Assembly (NCBI GenBank): GCA_964016885.1
Contig: OZ024753.1
Location: 22,258,001-22,322,000, forward strand
DNA: 64,000 nt
Direction: 5' to 3'
DNA from: Eledone cirrhosa
Lineage: Eukaryota
Positions 35,401-50,400 of this stretch are shown in pieces. The notes beneath the pieces are model-generated. The model saw only the letters and a program-made list of their open reading frames with translations, did not search any database and was not told the DNA's origin. The translations under genes were made by a program, and so were the position numbers. Every line of letters starts with the position of its first letter. Position 1 is the first letter of the stretch.

Positions 35401-38400
35401 GGTTGTATTTGTGACCAGCAGTCACCCATATCCGAGGCCCAAGTCCGGGGAAGGTTGTATTTGTGACCAGCAGTCACCCATATCCGAGGTTCAAGTCCAG
35501 GGAAGGTTGTATTTGTGACCAGAAATCACCCATATCCGAGGTTCAAGTCCGGGGAAGGTTGTATTTGTGACCAGCAGTCACCCATATCCGAGATTCAAGT
35601 CCGGGGAAGGTTGTATTTGTGACCTGCAGTCACCCATATCCGAGGTTCAAGTCCGGGGAAGGTTGTATTTGTGACCAGCAGTCACCCATATCCGAGGCCC
35701 AAGGCCGGGAAGGTTGTATTTGTGACCAGCAGTCACCCATATCCGAGATTCAAGTCTGGGGAAGGTTGTATTTGTGACCAGCAGTCACCCATATCCGAGG
35801 TTCAAGTCCAGGGAAGGTTGTATTTGTGACCAGCAGTCACCCATATCCGAGGTTCAAGTCCGGGGAAGGTTGTATTTGTGACCAGCAGTCACCCATATCC
35901 GAGATTCAAGTCCGGGGAAGGTTGTATTTGTGACCAGCAGTCACCCATATCCGAGGTTCAAGTCCGGGGAAGGTTGTATTTGTGACCAGCAGTCACCTAT
36001 ATCCGAGGCCCAAGGCCGGGAAGGTTGTATTTGTGACCAGCAGTCACCCATATCCGAGATTCAAGTCCGGTGAAGGTTGTATTTGTGACCAGCAGTCACC
36101 CATATCCGAGGTTCAAGTCCAGGGAAGGTTGTATTTGTGACCAGCAGTCACCCATATCAGAGGCCCAAGTCCGGGGAAGGTTGTATTTGTGACCAGCAGT
36201 CACCCATATCCGAGGCCCAAGTCCGGGGAAGGTTGTATTTGTGACCAGCAGTCACCCATATCCGAGGTTCAAGTCCGGGGAAGGTTGTATTTGTGACCAG
36301 CAGTCACCCATATCCGAGGCCCAAGGCCGGGAAGGTTGTATTTGTTACCAGCAGTCACCCATATCCGAGATTCAAGTCCGGCGAAGGTTGTATTTGTGAC
36401 CAGCAGTCACCCATATCCGAGGCCCAAGGCCGGGAAGGTTGTATTTGTGACCAGCAGTCACCCATATCAGAGATTCAAGTCCGGGGAAGGTTGTATTTGT
36501 GACCAGCAGTCACCCATATCCGAGGTTCAAGTCCAGGGAAGGTTGTATTTGTGACCAGCAGTCACCCATATCCGAGATTCAAGTCCAGGGAAGGTTGTAT
36601 TTATGACCAGCAGTCACCCATATCCGAGGTTCAAGTCCGGGAAAGGTTGTATTTGTGACCAGCAGTCACCCATATCCGAAGCCCAAGTCCGGGGAAGGTT
36701 GTATTTGTGACCAGCAGTCACCCATAATCGAGGTTCAAGTCCAGGGAAGGTTGTATTTGTGACCAGCAGTCACCCATATCCGAGGCCCAAGGCCGGGAAG
36801 GTTGTATTTGTGACCAGCAATCACCCATATCCGAGATTCAAGTCTGGGGAAGGTTGTATTTGTGACCAGCAGTCACCCATATCCGAGGTTCAAGTCCAGG
36901 GAAGGTTGTATTTGTGACCAGCAGTCACCCATATCCGAGGCCCAAATCTGGGGAAGGTTGTATTTGTGACCTGCAGTCACCCATATCCGAGGCCCAAGTC
37001 CGGGGAAGGTTGTATTTGTGACCAGCAGTCACCCATATCCGAGGTTCAAGTCCGGGGCAGGTTGTATTTGTGACCAGCAGTCACCCATATCCGAAGCCCA
37101 AGTCCGGGGAAGGTTGTATTTGTGACCAGCAGTCACCCATATCCGAGGCCCAAGGCCGGGGAAGGTTGTATTTGTGACCAGCAGTCACCCATATCCGAGG
37201 CCCAAGTCCGGGGAGGTTGTATTTGTGACCAGCAGTCACCCATATCCGAGGCCCAAGTCCGGGGAAGGTTGTATTTGTGACCAGCAGTCACCCATATCCG
37301 AGGCCCAAGTCCGGGGAAGGTTGTATTTGTGACCAGCAGTCACCCATATCCGAGGTTCAAGTCCAGGGAAGGTTGTATTTGTGACCAGCAGTCACCCATA
37401 TCCGAGGTTCAAGTCCGGGGAAGGTTGTATTTGTGACCAGCAGTCACCCATATCCGAAGCCCAAGTCCGGGGAAGGTTGTATTTGTGACCAGCAGTCACG
37501 CATATCCGAGGCCCAAGTCCGGGGAAGGTTGTATTTGTGACCAGCAGTCACCCATATCCGAGGCCCAAGTCCGGGGAAGGTTGTATTTGTGACCAGCAGT
37601 CACCCATATCCGAGGTTCAAGTCCGGGGAAGGTTGTATTTGTGACCAGCAGTCACCCATATCCGAGATTCAAGTCCGGGGAAGGTTGTATTTGTGACCTG
37701 CAGTCACCCATATCCGAGGTTCAAGTCCGGGGAAGGTTGTATTTGTGACCAGCAGTCACCCATATCCGAGATTCAAGTCCGGGGAAGGTTGTATTTGTGA
37801 CCAGCAGTCACCCATATCCGAGGTTCAAGTCCGGGGAAGGTTGTATTTGTGACCAGCAGTCACCCATATCCGAGGACCAAGGCCGGGAAGGTTGTATTTG
37901 TGACCAGCAGTCACCCATATCCGAGGCCCAAGGCCGGGAAGGTTGTATTTGTGACCAGCAGTTACCCATATCAGAGATTCAAGTCCGGGGAAGGTTGTAT
38001 TTGTGACCAGCAGTCACCCATATCCGAGGTTCAAGTCCAGGGAAGGTTGTATTTGTGACCAGCAGTCACCCATATCCGAGATTCAAGTCCAGGGAAGGTT
38101 GTATTTGTGACCAGCAGTCACCCATATCCGAGGTTCAAGTCCGGGGAAGGTTGTATTTGTGACCAGCAGTCACCCATATCCGAAGCCCAAGTCCGGGGAT
38201 GTTGTATTTGTGACCAGCAGTCACAGATATCCGAGGTTCAAGTCCAGGGAAGGTTGTATTTGTGACCAGCAGTCACCCATATCCGAGGCCCAAGGCCGGG
38301 AAGGTTGTATTTGTGACCAGCAGTCACCCATATCCGAGATTCAAGTCTGGGGAAGGTTGTATTTGTGACCAGCAGTCACCCATATCCGAGGTTCAAGTCC

Positions 38401-41400
38401 AGGGAAGGTTGTATTTGTGACCAGTAGTCACCCATATCCGAGGCCCAAGGCCGGGAAGGTTGTATTTGTTACCAGCAGTCACCCATATCCGAGATTCAAG
38501 TCCGGCGAAGGTTGTATTTGTGACCAGCAGTCACCCATATCCGAGGCCCAAGGCCGGGAAGGTTGTATTTGTGACCAGCAGTCACCCATATCAGAGATTC
38601 AAGTCCGGGGAAGGTTGTATTTGTGACCAGCAGTCACCCATATCCGAGGTTCAAGTCCAGGGAAGGTTGTATTTGTGACCAGCAGTCACCCATATCCGAG
38701 ATTCAAGTCCAGGGAAGGTTGTATTTGTGACCAGCAGTCACCCATATCCGAGGTTCAAGTCCGGGAAAGGTTGTATTTGTGACCAGCAGTCACCCATATC
38801 CGAAGCCCAAGTCCGGGGAAGGTTGTATTTGTGACCAGCAGTCACCCATAATCGAGGTTCAAGTCCAGGGAAGGTTGTATTTGTGACCAGCAGTCACCCA
38901 TATCCGAGGCCCAAGGCCGGGAAGGTTGTATTTGTGACCAGCAATCACCCATATCCGAGATTCAAGTCTGGGGAAGGTTGTATTTGTGACCAGCAGTCAC
39001 CCATATCCGAGGTTCAAGTCCAGGGAAGGTTGTATTTGTGACCAGCAGTCACCCATATCCGAGGCCCAAATCTGGGGAAGGTTGTATTTGTGACCTGCAG
39101 TCACCCATATCCGAGGCCCAAGTCCGGGGAAGGTTGTATTTGTGACCAGCAGTCACCCATATCCGAGGTTCAAGTCCGGGGCAGGTTGTATTTGTGACCA
39201 GCAGTCACCCATATCCGAAGCCCAAGTCCGGGGAAGGTTGTATTTGTGACCAGCAGTCACCCATATCCGAGGCCCAAGGCCGGGGAAGGTTGTATTTGTG
39301 ACCAGCAGTCACCCATATCCGAGGCCCAAGTCCTGGGAGGTTGTATTTGTGACCAGCAGTCACCCATATCCGAGGCCCAAGTCCGGGGAAGGTTGTATTT
39401 GTGACCAGCAGTCACCCATATCCGAGGCCCAAGTCCGGGGAAGGTTGTATTTGTGACCAGCAGTCACCCATATCCGAGGTTCAAGTCCAGGGAAGGTTGT
39501 ATTTGTGACCAGCAGTCACCCATATCCGAGGTTCAAGTCCGGGGAAGGTTGTATTTGTGACCAGCAGTCACCCATATCCGAAGCCCAAGTCCGGGGAAGG
39601 TTGTATTTGTGACCAGCAGTCACGCATATCCGAGGCCCAAGTCCGGGGAAGGTTGTATTTGTGACCAGCAGTCACCCATATCCGAGGCCCAAGTCCGGGG
39701 AAGGTTGTATTTGTGACCAGCAGTCACCCATATCCGAGGTTCAAGTCCGGGGAAGGTTGTATTTGTGACCAGCAGTCACCCATATCCGAGATTCAAGTCC
39801 GGGGAAGGTTGTATTTGTGACCTGCAGTCACCCATATCCGAGGTTCAAGTCCGGGGAAGGTTGTATTTGTGACCAGCAGTCACCCATATCCGAGATTCAA
39901 GTCCGGGGAAGGTTGTATTTGTGACCAGCAGTCACCCATATCCGAGGTTCAAGTCCGGGGAAGGTTGTATTTGTGACCAGCAGTCACCCATATCCGAGGA
40001 CCAAGGCCGGGAAGGTTGTATTTGTGACCAGCAGTCACCCATATCCGAGGTCCAAGGCCGGGAAGGTTGTATTTGTGACCAGCAGTTACCCATATCAGAG
40101 ATTCAAGTCCGGGGAAGGTTGTATTTGTGACCAGCAGTCACCCATATCCGAGGTTCAAGTCCAGGGAAGGTTGTATTTGTGACCAGCAGTCACCCATATC
40201 CGAGATTCAAGTCCAGGGAAGGTTGTATTTGTGACCAGCAGTCACCCATATCCGAGGTTCAAGTCCAGGGAAGGTTGTATTTGTGACCAGTAGTCACCCA
40301 TATCCGAGGCCTAAGTCTGGGGAAGGTTGTATTTGTGACCTGCAGTCAACCATATCCGAGGCCCAAGTCCGGGGAAGGTTGTATTTGTGACCAGCAGTCA
40401 CCCATATCCGAGGTTCAAGTCCGGGGCAGGTTGTATTTGTGACCAGCAGTCACCCATATCCGAAGCCCAAGTCCGGGGAAGGTTGTATTTGTGACCAGCA
40501 GTCACCCATATCCGAGGCCCAAGGCCGGGGAAGGTTGTATTTGTGACCAGCAGTCACCCATATCCGAGGCCCAAGTCCGGGGAAGGTTGTATTTGTGACC
40601 AGCAGTCACCCATATCCGAGGCCCAAGTCCGGGGAAGGTTGTATTTGTGACCAGCAGTCACGCATATCCGAGGCCCAAGTCCGGGGAAGGTTGTATTTGT
40701 GACCAGCAGTCACCCATATCCGAGGCCCAAGTCCGGGGAAGGTTGTATTTGTGACCAGCAGTCACTCATATCCGAGGCCCAAGTCCGGGGAAGGTTGTAT
40801 TTGTGACCAGCAGTCACGCATATCCGAGGCCCAAGTCCGGGGAAGGTTGTATTTGTGACCAGCAGTCACCCATATCCGAGGCCCAAGTCCGGGGAAGGTT
40901 GTATTTGTGACCAGCAGTCACCCATATCCGAGGTTCAAGTCCGGGGAAGGTTGTATTTGTGACCAGCAGTCACCCATATCCGAGGCCAAAGTCTGGGGAA
41001 GGTTGTATTTGTGACCAGCAGTCACCCATATCCGAGGTTCAAGTCCAGGGAAGGTTGTATTTGTGACCAGCAGTCACCCGTATCCGAGGTTCAAGTCCGG
41101 GGAAGGTTGTATTTGTGACCAGCAGTCACCCATATCCGAGGTTCAAGTCCGGGGAATGTTGTATTTGTGACCAGCAGTCACCCATATCCGAGGCCCAAGT
41201 CCGGGGAAGGTTGTATTTGTGACCAGCAGTCACCCATATCCGAGGTTCAAATCCGGGGCAGGTTGTATTTGTGACCAACAGTCACCCATATCCGAAGCCC
41301 AAGTCCGGGGAAGGTTGTATTTGTGACCAGCAGTCACCCATATCCGAGGCCCAAGGCCGGGGAAGGTTGTATTTGCGACCAGCAGTCACCCATATCCGAG

Positions 41401-44400
41401 GCCCAAGTCCGGGGAAGGTTGTATTTGTGACCAGCAGTCACCCATATCCGAGGCCCAAGTCCGGGGAAGGTTGTATTTGTGACCAGCAGTCACCCATATC
41501 CGAGGCCCAAGTCCGGGGAAGGTTGTATTTGTGACCAGCAGTCACCCATATCCGAGGTTCAAGTCCAGGGAAGGTTGTATTTGTGACCAGCAGTCACCCA
41601 TATCCGAGGTTCAAGTCCGGGGAAGGTTGTATTTGTGACCAGCAGTCACCCATATCCGAGGCCCAAGTCCGGGGAAGGTTGTATTTGTGACCAGCAGTCA
41701 CGCATATCCGAGGCCCAAGTCCGGGGAAGGTTGTATTTGTGACCAGCAGTCACCCATATCCGAGGCCCAAGTCCGGGGAAGGTTGTATTTGTGACCAGCA
41801 GTCACCCATATCCGAGGTTCAAGTCCGGGGAAGGTTGTATTTGTGACCAGCAGTCACCCATATCCGAGATTCAAGTCCGGGGAAGGTTGTATTTGTGACC
41901 TGCAGTCACCCATATCCGAGGTTCAAGTCCGGGGAAGGTTGTATTTGTGACCAGCAGTCACCCATATCCGAGGCCCAAGGCCGGGAAGGTTGTATTTGTG
42001 ACCAGCAGTCACCCATATCCGAGATTCAAGTCTGGGGAAGGTTGTATTTGTGACCAGCAGTCACCCATATCCGAGGTTCAAGTCCAGGGAAGGTTGTATT
42101 TGTGACCAGCAGTCACCCATATCCGAGGTTCAAGTCCGGGGAAGGTTGTATTTGTGACCAGCAGTCACCCATATCCGAGGTTCAAGTCCGGGGAAGGTTG
42201 TATTTGTGACCAGCAGTCACCTATATCCGAGGCCCAAGGCCGGGAAGGTTGTATTTGTGACCAGCAGTCACCCATACCCGAGATTCAAGTCCGGGGAAGG
42301 TTGTATTTGTGACCAGCAGTCACCCATATCCGAGGTTCAAGTCCAGGGAAGGTTGTATTTGTGACCAGCAGTCACCCATATCAGAGGCCCAAGTCCGGGG
42401 AAGGTTGTATTTGTGACCAGCAGTCACCCATATCCGAGGCCCAAGTCCGGGGAAGGTTGTATTTGTGACCAGCAGTCACCCATATCCGAGGTTCAAGTCC
42501 GGGGAAGGTTGTATTTGTGACCAGCAGTCACCCATATCCGAGGCCCAAGGCCGGGAAGGTTGTATTTGTTACCAGCAGTCACCCATATCCGAGATTCAAG
42601 TCCGGCGAAGGTTGTATTTGTGACCAGCAGTCACCCATATCCGAGGCCCAAGGCCGGGAAGGTTGTATTTGTGACCAGCAGTCACCCATATCAGAGATTC
42701 AAGTCCGGGGAAGGTTGTATTTGTGACCAGCAGTCACCCATATCCGAGGTTCAAGTCCAGGGAAGGTTGTATTTGTGACCAGCAGTCACCCATATCCGAG
42801 ATTCAAGTCCAGGGAAGGTTGTATTTGTGACCAGCAGTCACCCATATCCGAGGTTCAAGTCCGGGGAAGGTTGTATTTGTGACCAGCAGTCACCCATATC
42901 CGAAGCCCAAGTCCGGGGATGTTGTATTTGTGACCAGCAGTCACCCATATCCGAGGTTCAAGTCCAGGGAAGGTTGTATTTGTGACCAGCAGTCACCCAT
43001 ATCCGAGGCCCAAGGCCGGGAAGGTTGTATTTGTGACCAGCAGTCCCCCATATTCGAGATTCAAGTCTGGGGAAGGTTGTATTTGTGACCAGCAGTCACC
43101 CATATCCGAAATTCAAGTCCAGGGAAGGTTGTATTTGTGACCAGCAGTCACCCATATCCGAGGCCCAAGTCTGGGGAAGGTTGTATTTGTGACCTGCAGT
43201 CACCCATATCCGAGGCCCAAGTCCGGGGAAGGTTGTATTTGTGACCAGCAGTCACCCATATCCGAGGTTCAAGTCCGGGGCAGGTTGTATTTGTGACCAA
43301 CAGTCACCCATATCAGAAGCCCAAGTCCGGGGAAGGTTGTATTTGTGACCAGCAGTCACCCATATCCGAGGCCCAAGGCCGGGGAAGGTTGTATTTGTGA
43401 CCAGCAGTCACCCATATCCGAGGCCCAAGTCCGGGGAAGGTTGTATTTGTGACCAGCAGTCACCCATATCCGAGGCCCAAGTCCGGGGAAGGTTGTATTT
43501 GTGACCAGCAGTCACCCATATCCGAGGCCCAAGTCCGGGGAAGGTTGTATTTGTGACCAGCAGTCACCCATATCCGAGGTTCAAGTCCAGGGAAGGTTGT
43601 ATTTGTGACCAGCAGTCACCCATATCCGAGGTTCAAGTCCGGGGAAGGTTGTATTTGTGACCAGCAGTCACCCATATCCGAGGCCCAAGTCCGGGGAAGG
43701 TTGTATTTGTGACCAGCAGTCACGCATATCCGAGGCCCAAGTCCGGGGAAGGTTGTATTTGTGACCATCAGTCACCCATATCCGAGGCCCAAGTCCGGGG
43801 AAGGTTGTATTTGTGACCAGCAGTCACCCATATCCGAGGTTCAAGTCCGGGGAAGGTTGTATTTGTGACCAGCAGTCACCCATATCCGAGATTCAAGTCC
43901 GGGGAAGGTTGTATTTGTGACCTGCAGTCACCCATATCCGAGGTTCAAGTCCGGGGAAGGTTGTATTTGTGACCAGCAGTCACCCATATCCGAGGCCCAA
44001 GGCCGGGAAGGTTGTATTTGTGACCAGCAGTCACCCATATCCGAGATTCAAGTCTGGGGAAGGTTGTATTTGTGACCAGCAGTCACCCATATCCGAGGTT
44101 CAAGTCCAGGGAAGGTTGTATTTGTGACCAGCAGTCACCCATATCCGAGGTTCAAGTCCGGGGAAGGTTGTATTTGTGACCAGCAGTCACCCATATCCGA
44201 GATTCAAGTCCGGGGAAGGTTGTATTTGTGACCAGCAGTCACCCATATCCGAGGTTCAAGTCCGGGGAAGGTTGTATTTGTGACCAGCAGTCACCCATAT
44301 CCGAGGACCAAGGCCGGGAAGGTTGTATTTGTGACCAGCAGTCACCCATATCCGAGATTCAAGTCCGGGGAAGGTTGTATTTGTGACCAGCAGTCACCCA

Positions 44401-47400
44401 TATCCGAGGTTCAAGTCCAGGGAAGGTTGTATTTGTGACCAGCAGTCACCCATATCCGAGGCCCAAGTCCGGGGCAGGTTGTATTTGTGACCAGCAGTCA
44501 CCCATATCCGAGGCCCAAGTCCGGGGAAGGTTGTATTTGTGACCAGCAGTCACCTATATCCGAGGTTCAAGTCCGGGGAAGGTTGTATTTGTGACCAGCA
44601 GTCACCCATATCCGAGGCCCAAGGCCGGGGAAGGTTGTATTTGTGACCAGCAGTCACCCATATCCGAGGCCCAAGTCCGGGGAAGGTTGTATTTGTGACC
44701 AGCAGTCACCCATATCCGAGGCCCAAGTCCGGGGAAGGTTGTATTTGTGACCAGCAGTCACCCATATCCGCGGCCCAAGTCCGGGGAAGGTTGTATTTGT
44801 GACCAGCAGTCACCCATATCCGAGATTCAAGTCCGGGGAAGGTTGTATTTGTGACCAGCAGTCACCCATATCCGAGGTTCAAGTCCGGGGAATCTTGTAT
44901 TTGTGACCAGCAGTCACCCATATCCGAGGCCCAAGTCCGGGGAAGGTTGTATTTGTGACCAGCAGTCACCCATATCCGAGGTTCAAGTCCGGGGCAGGTT
45001 GTATTTGTGACCAGCAGTCACCCATATCCGAAGCCCAAGTCCGGGGAAGGTTGTATTTGTGACCAGCCGTCACCCATATCCGAGGCCCAAGGCCGGGGAA
45101 GGTTGTATTTGTGACCAGCAGTCACCCATATCCGAGGCCCAAGTCCGGGGAAGGTTGTATTTGTGACCAGCAGTCACCCATATCCGAGGCCCAAGTCCGG
45201 GGAAGGTTGTATTTGTGACCAGCAGTCACCCATATCTGAGGCCCAAGTCCGGGGAAGGTTGTATTTGTGACCAGCAGTCACCCATATCCGAGGTTCAAGT
45301 CCAGGGAAGGTTGTATTTGTGACCAGCAGTCACCCATATCCGAGGTTCAAGTCCGGGGAAGGTTGTATTTGTGACCAGCAGTCACCCATATCCGAGGCCC
45401 AAGTCCGGGGAAGGTTGTATTTGTGACCAGCAGTCACGCATATCCGAGGCCCAAGTCCGGGGAAGGTTGTATTTGTGACCAGCAGTCACCTATATCCGAG
45501 GCCCAAGTCCGGGGAAGGTTGTATTTGTGACCAGCAGTCACCCATATCCGAGGTTCAAGTCCGGGGAAGGTTGTATTTTTGACCAGCAGTCACCCATATC
45601 CGAGATTCAAGTCCGGGGAAGGTTGTATTTGTGACCTGCAGTCACCCATATCCGAGGTTCAAGTCCGGGGAAGGTTGTATTTGTGACCAGCAGTCACCCA
45701 TATCCGAGGCCCAAGGCCGGGAAGGTTGTATTTGTGACCAGCAGTCACCCATATCCGAGATTCAAGTCTGGGGAAGGTTGTATTTGTGACCAGCAGTCAC
45801 CCATATCCGAGGTTCAAGTCCAGGGAAGGTTGTATTTGTGACCAGCAGTCACCCATATCCGAGGTTCAAGTCCGGGGAAGGTTGTATTTGTGACCAGCAG
45901 TCACCCACATCCGAGATTCAAGTCCGGGGAAGGTTGTATTTGTGACCAGCAGTCACCCATATCCGAGGTTCAAGTCCGGGGAAGGTTGTATTTGTGACCA
46001 GCAGTCACCCATATCCGAGGCCCAAGGCCGGGAAGGTTGTATTTGTGACCAGCAGTCACCCATATCAGAGATTCAAGTCCGGGGAAGGTTGTATTTGTGA
46101 CCAGCAGTCACCCATATCCGAGGTTCAAGTCCAGGGAAGGTTGTATTTGTGACCAGCAGTCACCCATATCAGAGGCCCAAGTCCGGGGAAGGTTGAATTT
46201 GTGACCAGCAGTCACCCATATCCGAGGCCCAAGTCCGGGGAAGGTTGCATTTGTGACCAGCAGTCACCCATATCCGAGGTTCAAGTCCGGGGAAGGTTGT
46301 ATTTGTGACCAGCAATCACCCATATCCGAGGCCCAAGGCCGGGAAGGTTGTATTTGTTACCAGCAGTCACCCATATCCGAGGTTCAAGTCCGGGGAAGGT
46401 TGTATTTGTGACCAGCAGTCACCCATATCCGAGGCCCAAGGCCGGGAAGGTTGTATTTGTGACCAGCAGTCACCCATATCCGAGGCCCAAGGCCGGGAAG
46501 GTTGTATTTGTGACCAGCAGTCACCCATATCAGAGATTCAAGTCCGGGGAAGGTTGTATTTGTGACCAGCAGTCACCCATATCCGAGGTTCAAGTCCAGG
46601 GAAGGTTGTATTTGTTACCAGCAGTCACCCATATCCGAGGTTCAAGTCCGGGGAATCTTGTATTTGTGACCAGCAGTCACCCATATCCGAGGCCCAAGTC
46701 CGGGGAAGGTTGTATTTGTGACCAGCAGTCACCCATATCCGAGGTTCAAGTCCGGGGCAGGTTGTATTTGTGACCAGCAGTCACCCATATCCGAAGCCCA
46801 AGTCCGGGGAAGGTTGTATTTGTGACCAGCCGTCACCCATATCCGAGGCCCAAGGCCGGGGAAGGTTGTATTTGTGACCAGCAGTCACCCATATCCGAGG
46901 CCCAAGTCCGGGGAAGGTTGTATTTGTGACCAGCATTCACCTATATCCGAGGCCCAAGTCCGGGGAAGGTTGTATTTGTGACCAGCAGTCACCCATATCT
47001 GAGGCCCAAGTCCGGGGAAGGTTGTATTTGTGACCAGCAGTCACCCATATCCGAGGTTCAAGTCCAGGGAAGGTTGTATTTGTGACCAGCAGTCACACAT
47101 ATCCGAGGTTCAAGTCCGGGGAAGGTTGTATTTGTGACCAGCAGTCACCCATATCCGAGGCCCAAGTCCGGGGAAGGTTGTATTTGTGACCAGCAGTCAC
47201 GCATATCCGAGGCCCAAGTCCGGGGAAGGTTGTATTTGTGACCAGCAGTCACCCATATCCGAGGCCCAAGTCCGGGGAAGGTTGTATTTGTGACCAGCAG
47301 TCACCCATATCCGAGGTTCAAGTCCGGGGAAGGTTGTATTTGTGACCAGCAGTCACCCATATCCGAGATTCAAGTTCGGGGAAGGTTGTATTTGTGACCT

Positions 47401-50400
47401 GCAGTCACCCATATCCGAGGTTCAAGTCCGGGGAAGGTTGTATTTGTGACCAGCAGTCACCCATATCCGAGGCCCAAGGCCGGGAAGGTTGTATTTGTGA
47501 CCAGCAGTCACCCATATCCGAGATTCAAGTCTGGGGAAGGTTGTATTTGTGACCAGCAGTCACCCATATCCGAGGCCCAAGGCCGGGAAGGTTCTATTTG
47601 TTACCAGCAGTCACCCATATCCGAGGTTCAAGTCCGGGGAAGGTTGTATTTGTGACCAGCAGTCAACCATATCCGAGGCCCAAGGCCGGGAAGGTTGTAT
47701 TTGTGACCAGCAGTCACCCATATCCGAGGCCCAAGGCCGGGAAGGTTGTATTTGTGACCAGCAGTCACTCATATCAGAGATTCAAGTCCGGGGAAGGTTG
47801 TATTTGTGACCAGCAGTCACCCATATCCGAGGTTCAAGTCCAGGGAAGGTTGTATTTGTGACCAGCAGTCACCCATATCCGAGATTCAAGTCCAGGGAAG
47901 GTTGTATTTGTGACCAGCAGTCACCCATATCCGAGGTTCAAGTCCGGGGAAGGTTGTATTTGTGACCAGCAGTCACCCATATCCGAAGCCCAAGTCCGGG
48001 GATGTTGTATTTGTGACCAGCAGTCACCCATATCCGAGGTTCAAGTCCAGGGAAGGTTGTATATGTGACCAGCAGTCACCCATATCCGAGGCCCAAGGCC
48101 GGGAAGGTTGTATTTGTGACCAGCAGTCACCCATATCCGAGATTCAAGTCTGGGGAAGGTTGTATTTGTGACCAGCAGTCACCCATATCCGAGGTTCAAG
48201 TCCAGGGAAGGTTGTATTTGTGACCAGTAGTCACCCATTTCCGAGGCCCAAGTCTGGGGAAGGTTGTATTTGTGACCTGCAGTCACCCATATCCGAGGCC
48301 CAAGTCCGGGGAAGGTTGTATTTGTGACCAGCAGTCACCCATATCCGAGGTTCAAGTCCGGGGCAGGTTGTATTTGTGACCAGCAGTCACCCATATCCGA
48401 AGCCCAAGTCCGGGGAAGGTTGTATTTGTGACCAGCAGTCACCCATATCCGAGGCCCAAGGCCGGGGAAGGTTGTATTTGTGACCAGCAGTCACCCATAT
48501 CCGAGGCCCAAGTCCGGGGAAGGTTGTATTTGTGACCAGCAGTCACCCATATCCGAGGCCAAAGTCCGGGGAAGGTTGTATTTGTGACCAGCAGTCACCC
48601 ATATCCGAGGCCCAAGTCCGGGGAAGGTTGTATTTGTGACCAGCAGTCACCCATATCCGAGGTTCAAGTCCAGAGAAGGTTGTATTTGTGACCAGCAGTC
48701 ACCCATATCCGAGGTTCAAGTCCGGGGAAGGTTGTATTTGTGACCAGCAGTCACCCATATCCGAGGCCCAAGTCCGGGGAAGGTTGTATTTGTGACCAGC
48801 AGTCACGCATATCCGAGGCCCAAGTCCGGGGAAGGTTGTATTTGTGACCAGCAGTCACCCATATCCGAGGCCCAAGTCCGGGGAAGGTTGTATTTGTGAC
48901 CAGCAGTCACCCATATCCGAGGTTCAAGTCCGGGGAAGGTTGTATTTGTGACCAGCAGTCACCCATATCCGAGGCCAAAGTCTGGGGAAGGTTGTATTTG
49001 TGACCAGCAGTCACCCATATCCGAGGTTCAAGTCCAGGGAAGGTTGTATTTGTGACCAGCAGTCACCCATATCCGAGGTTCAAGTCCGGGGAAGGTTGTA
49101 TTTGTGACCAGCAGTCACCCATATCCGAGATTCAAGTCCGGGGAAGGTTGTATTTGTGACCAGCAGTCACCCATATCCGAGGTTCAAGTCCGGGGAATGT
49201 TGTATTTGTGACCAGCAGTCACCCATATCCGAAATTCAAGTCCAGGGAAGTTTGTATTTGTGACCAGCAGTCACCCATATCCGAGGCCCAAGTCTGGGGA
49301 AGGTTGTATTTGTGACCTGCAGTCACCCATATCCGAGGCCCAAGTCCGGGGAAGGTTGTATTTGTGACCAGCAGTCACCCATATCCGAGGTTCAAGTCCA
49401 GGGAAGGTTGTATTTGTGACCAGCAGTCACCCATATCAGAGGCCCAAGTCCGGGGAAGGTTGAATTTGTGACCAGCAGTCACCCATATCCGAGGCCCAAG
49501 TCCGGGGAAGGTTGCATTTGTGACCAGCAGTCACCCATATCCGAGGTTCAAGTCCGGGGAAGGTTGTATTTGTGACCAGCAATCACCCATATCCGAGGCC
49601 CAAGGCCGGGAAGGTTGTATTTGTTACCAGCAGTCACCCATATCCGAGGTTCAAGTCCGGGGAAGGTTGTATTTGTGACCAGCAGTCACCCATATCCGAG
49701 GCCCAAGGCCGGGAAGGTTGTATTTGTGACCAGCAGTCACCCATATCCGAGGCCCAAGGCCGGGAAGGTTGTATTTGTGACCAGCAGTCACCCATATCAG
49801 AGATTCAAGTCCGGGGAAGGTTGTATTTGTGACCAGCAGTCACCCATATCCGAGGTTCAAGTCCAGGGAAGGTTGTATTTGTTACCAGCAGTCACCCATA
49901 TCCGAGGTTCAAGTCCGGGGAATCTTGTATTTGTGACCAGCAGTCACCCATATCCGAGGCCCAAGTCCGGGGAAGGTTGTATTTGTGACCAGCAGTCACC
50001 CATATCCGAGGTTCAAGTCCGGGGCAGGTTGTATTTGTGACCAGCAGTCACCCATATCCGAAGCCCAAGTCCGGGGAAGGTTGTATTTGTGACCAGCCGT
50101 CACCCATATCCGAGGCCCAAGGCCGGGGAAGGTTGTATTTGTGACCAGCAGTCACCCATATCCGAGGCCCAAGTCCGGGGAAGGTTGTATTTGTGACCAG
50201 CATTCACCTATATCCGAGGCCCAAGTCCGGGGAAGGTTGTATTTGTGACCAGCAGTCACCCATATCTGAGGCCCAAGTCCGGGGAAGGTTGTATTTGTGA
50301 CCAGCAGTCACCCATATCCGAGGTTCAAGTCCAGGGAAGGTTGTATTTGTGACCAGCAGTCACACATATCCGAGGTTCAAGTCCGGGGAAGGTTGTATTT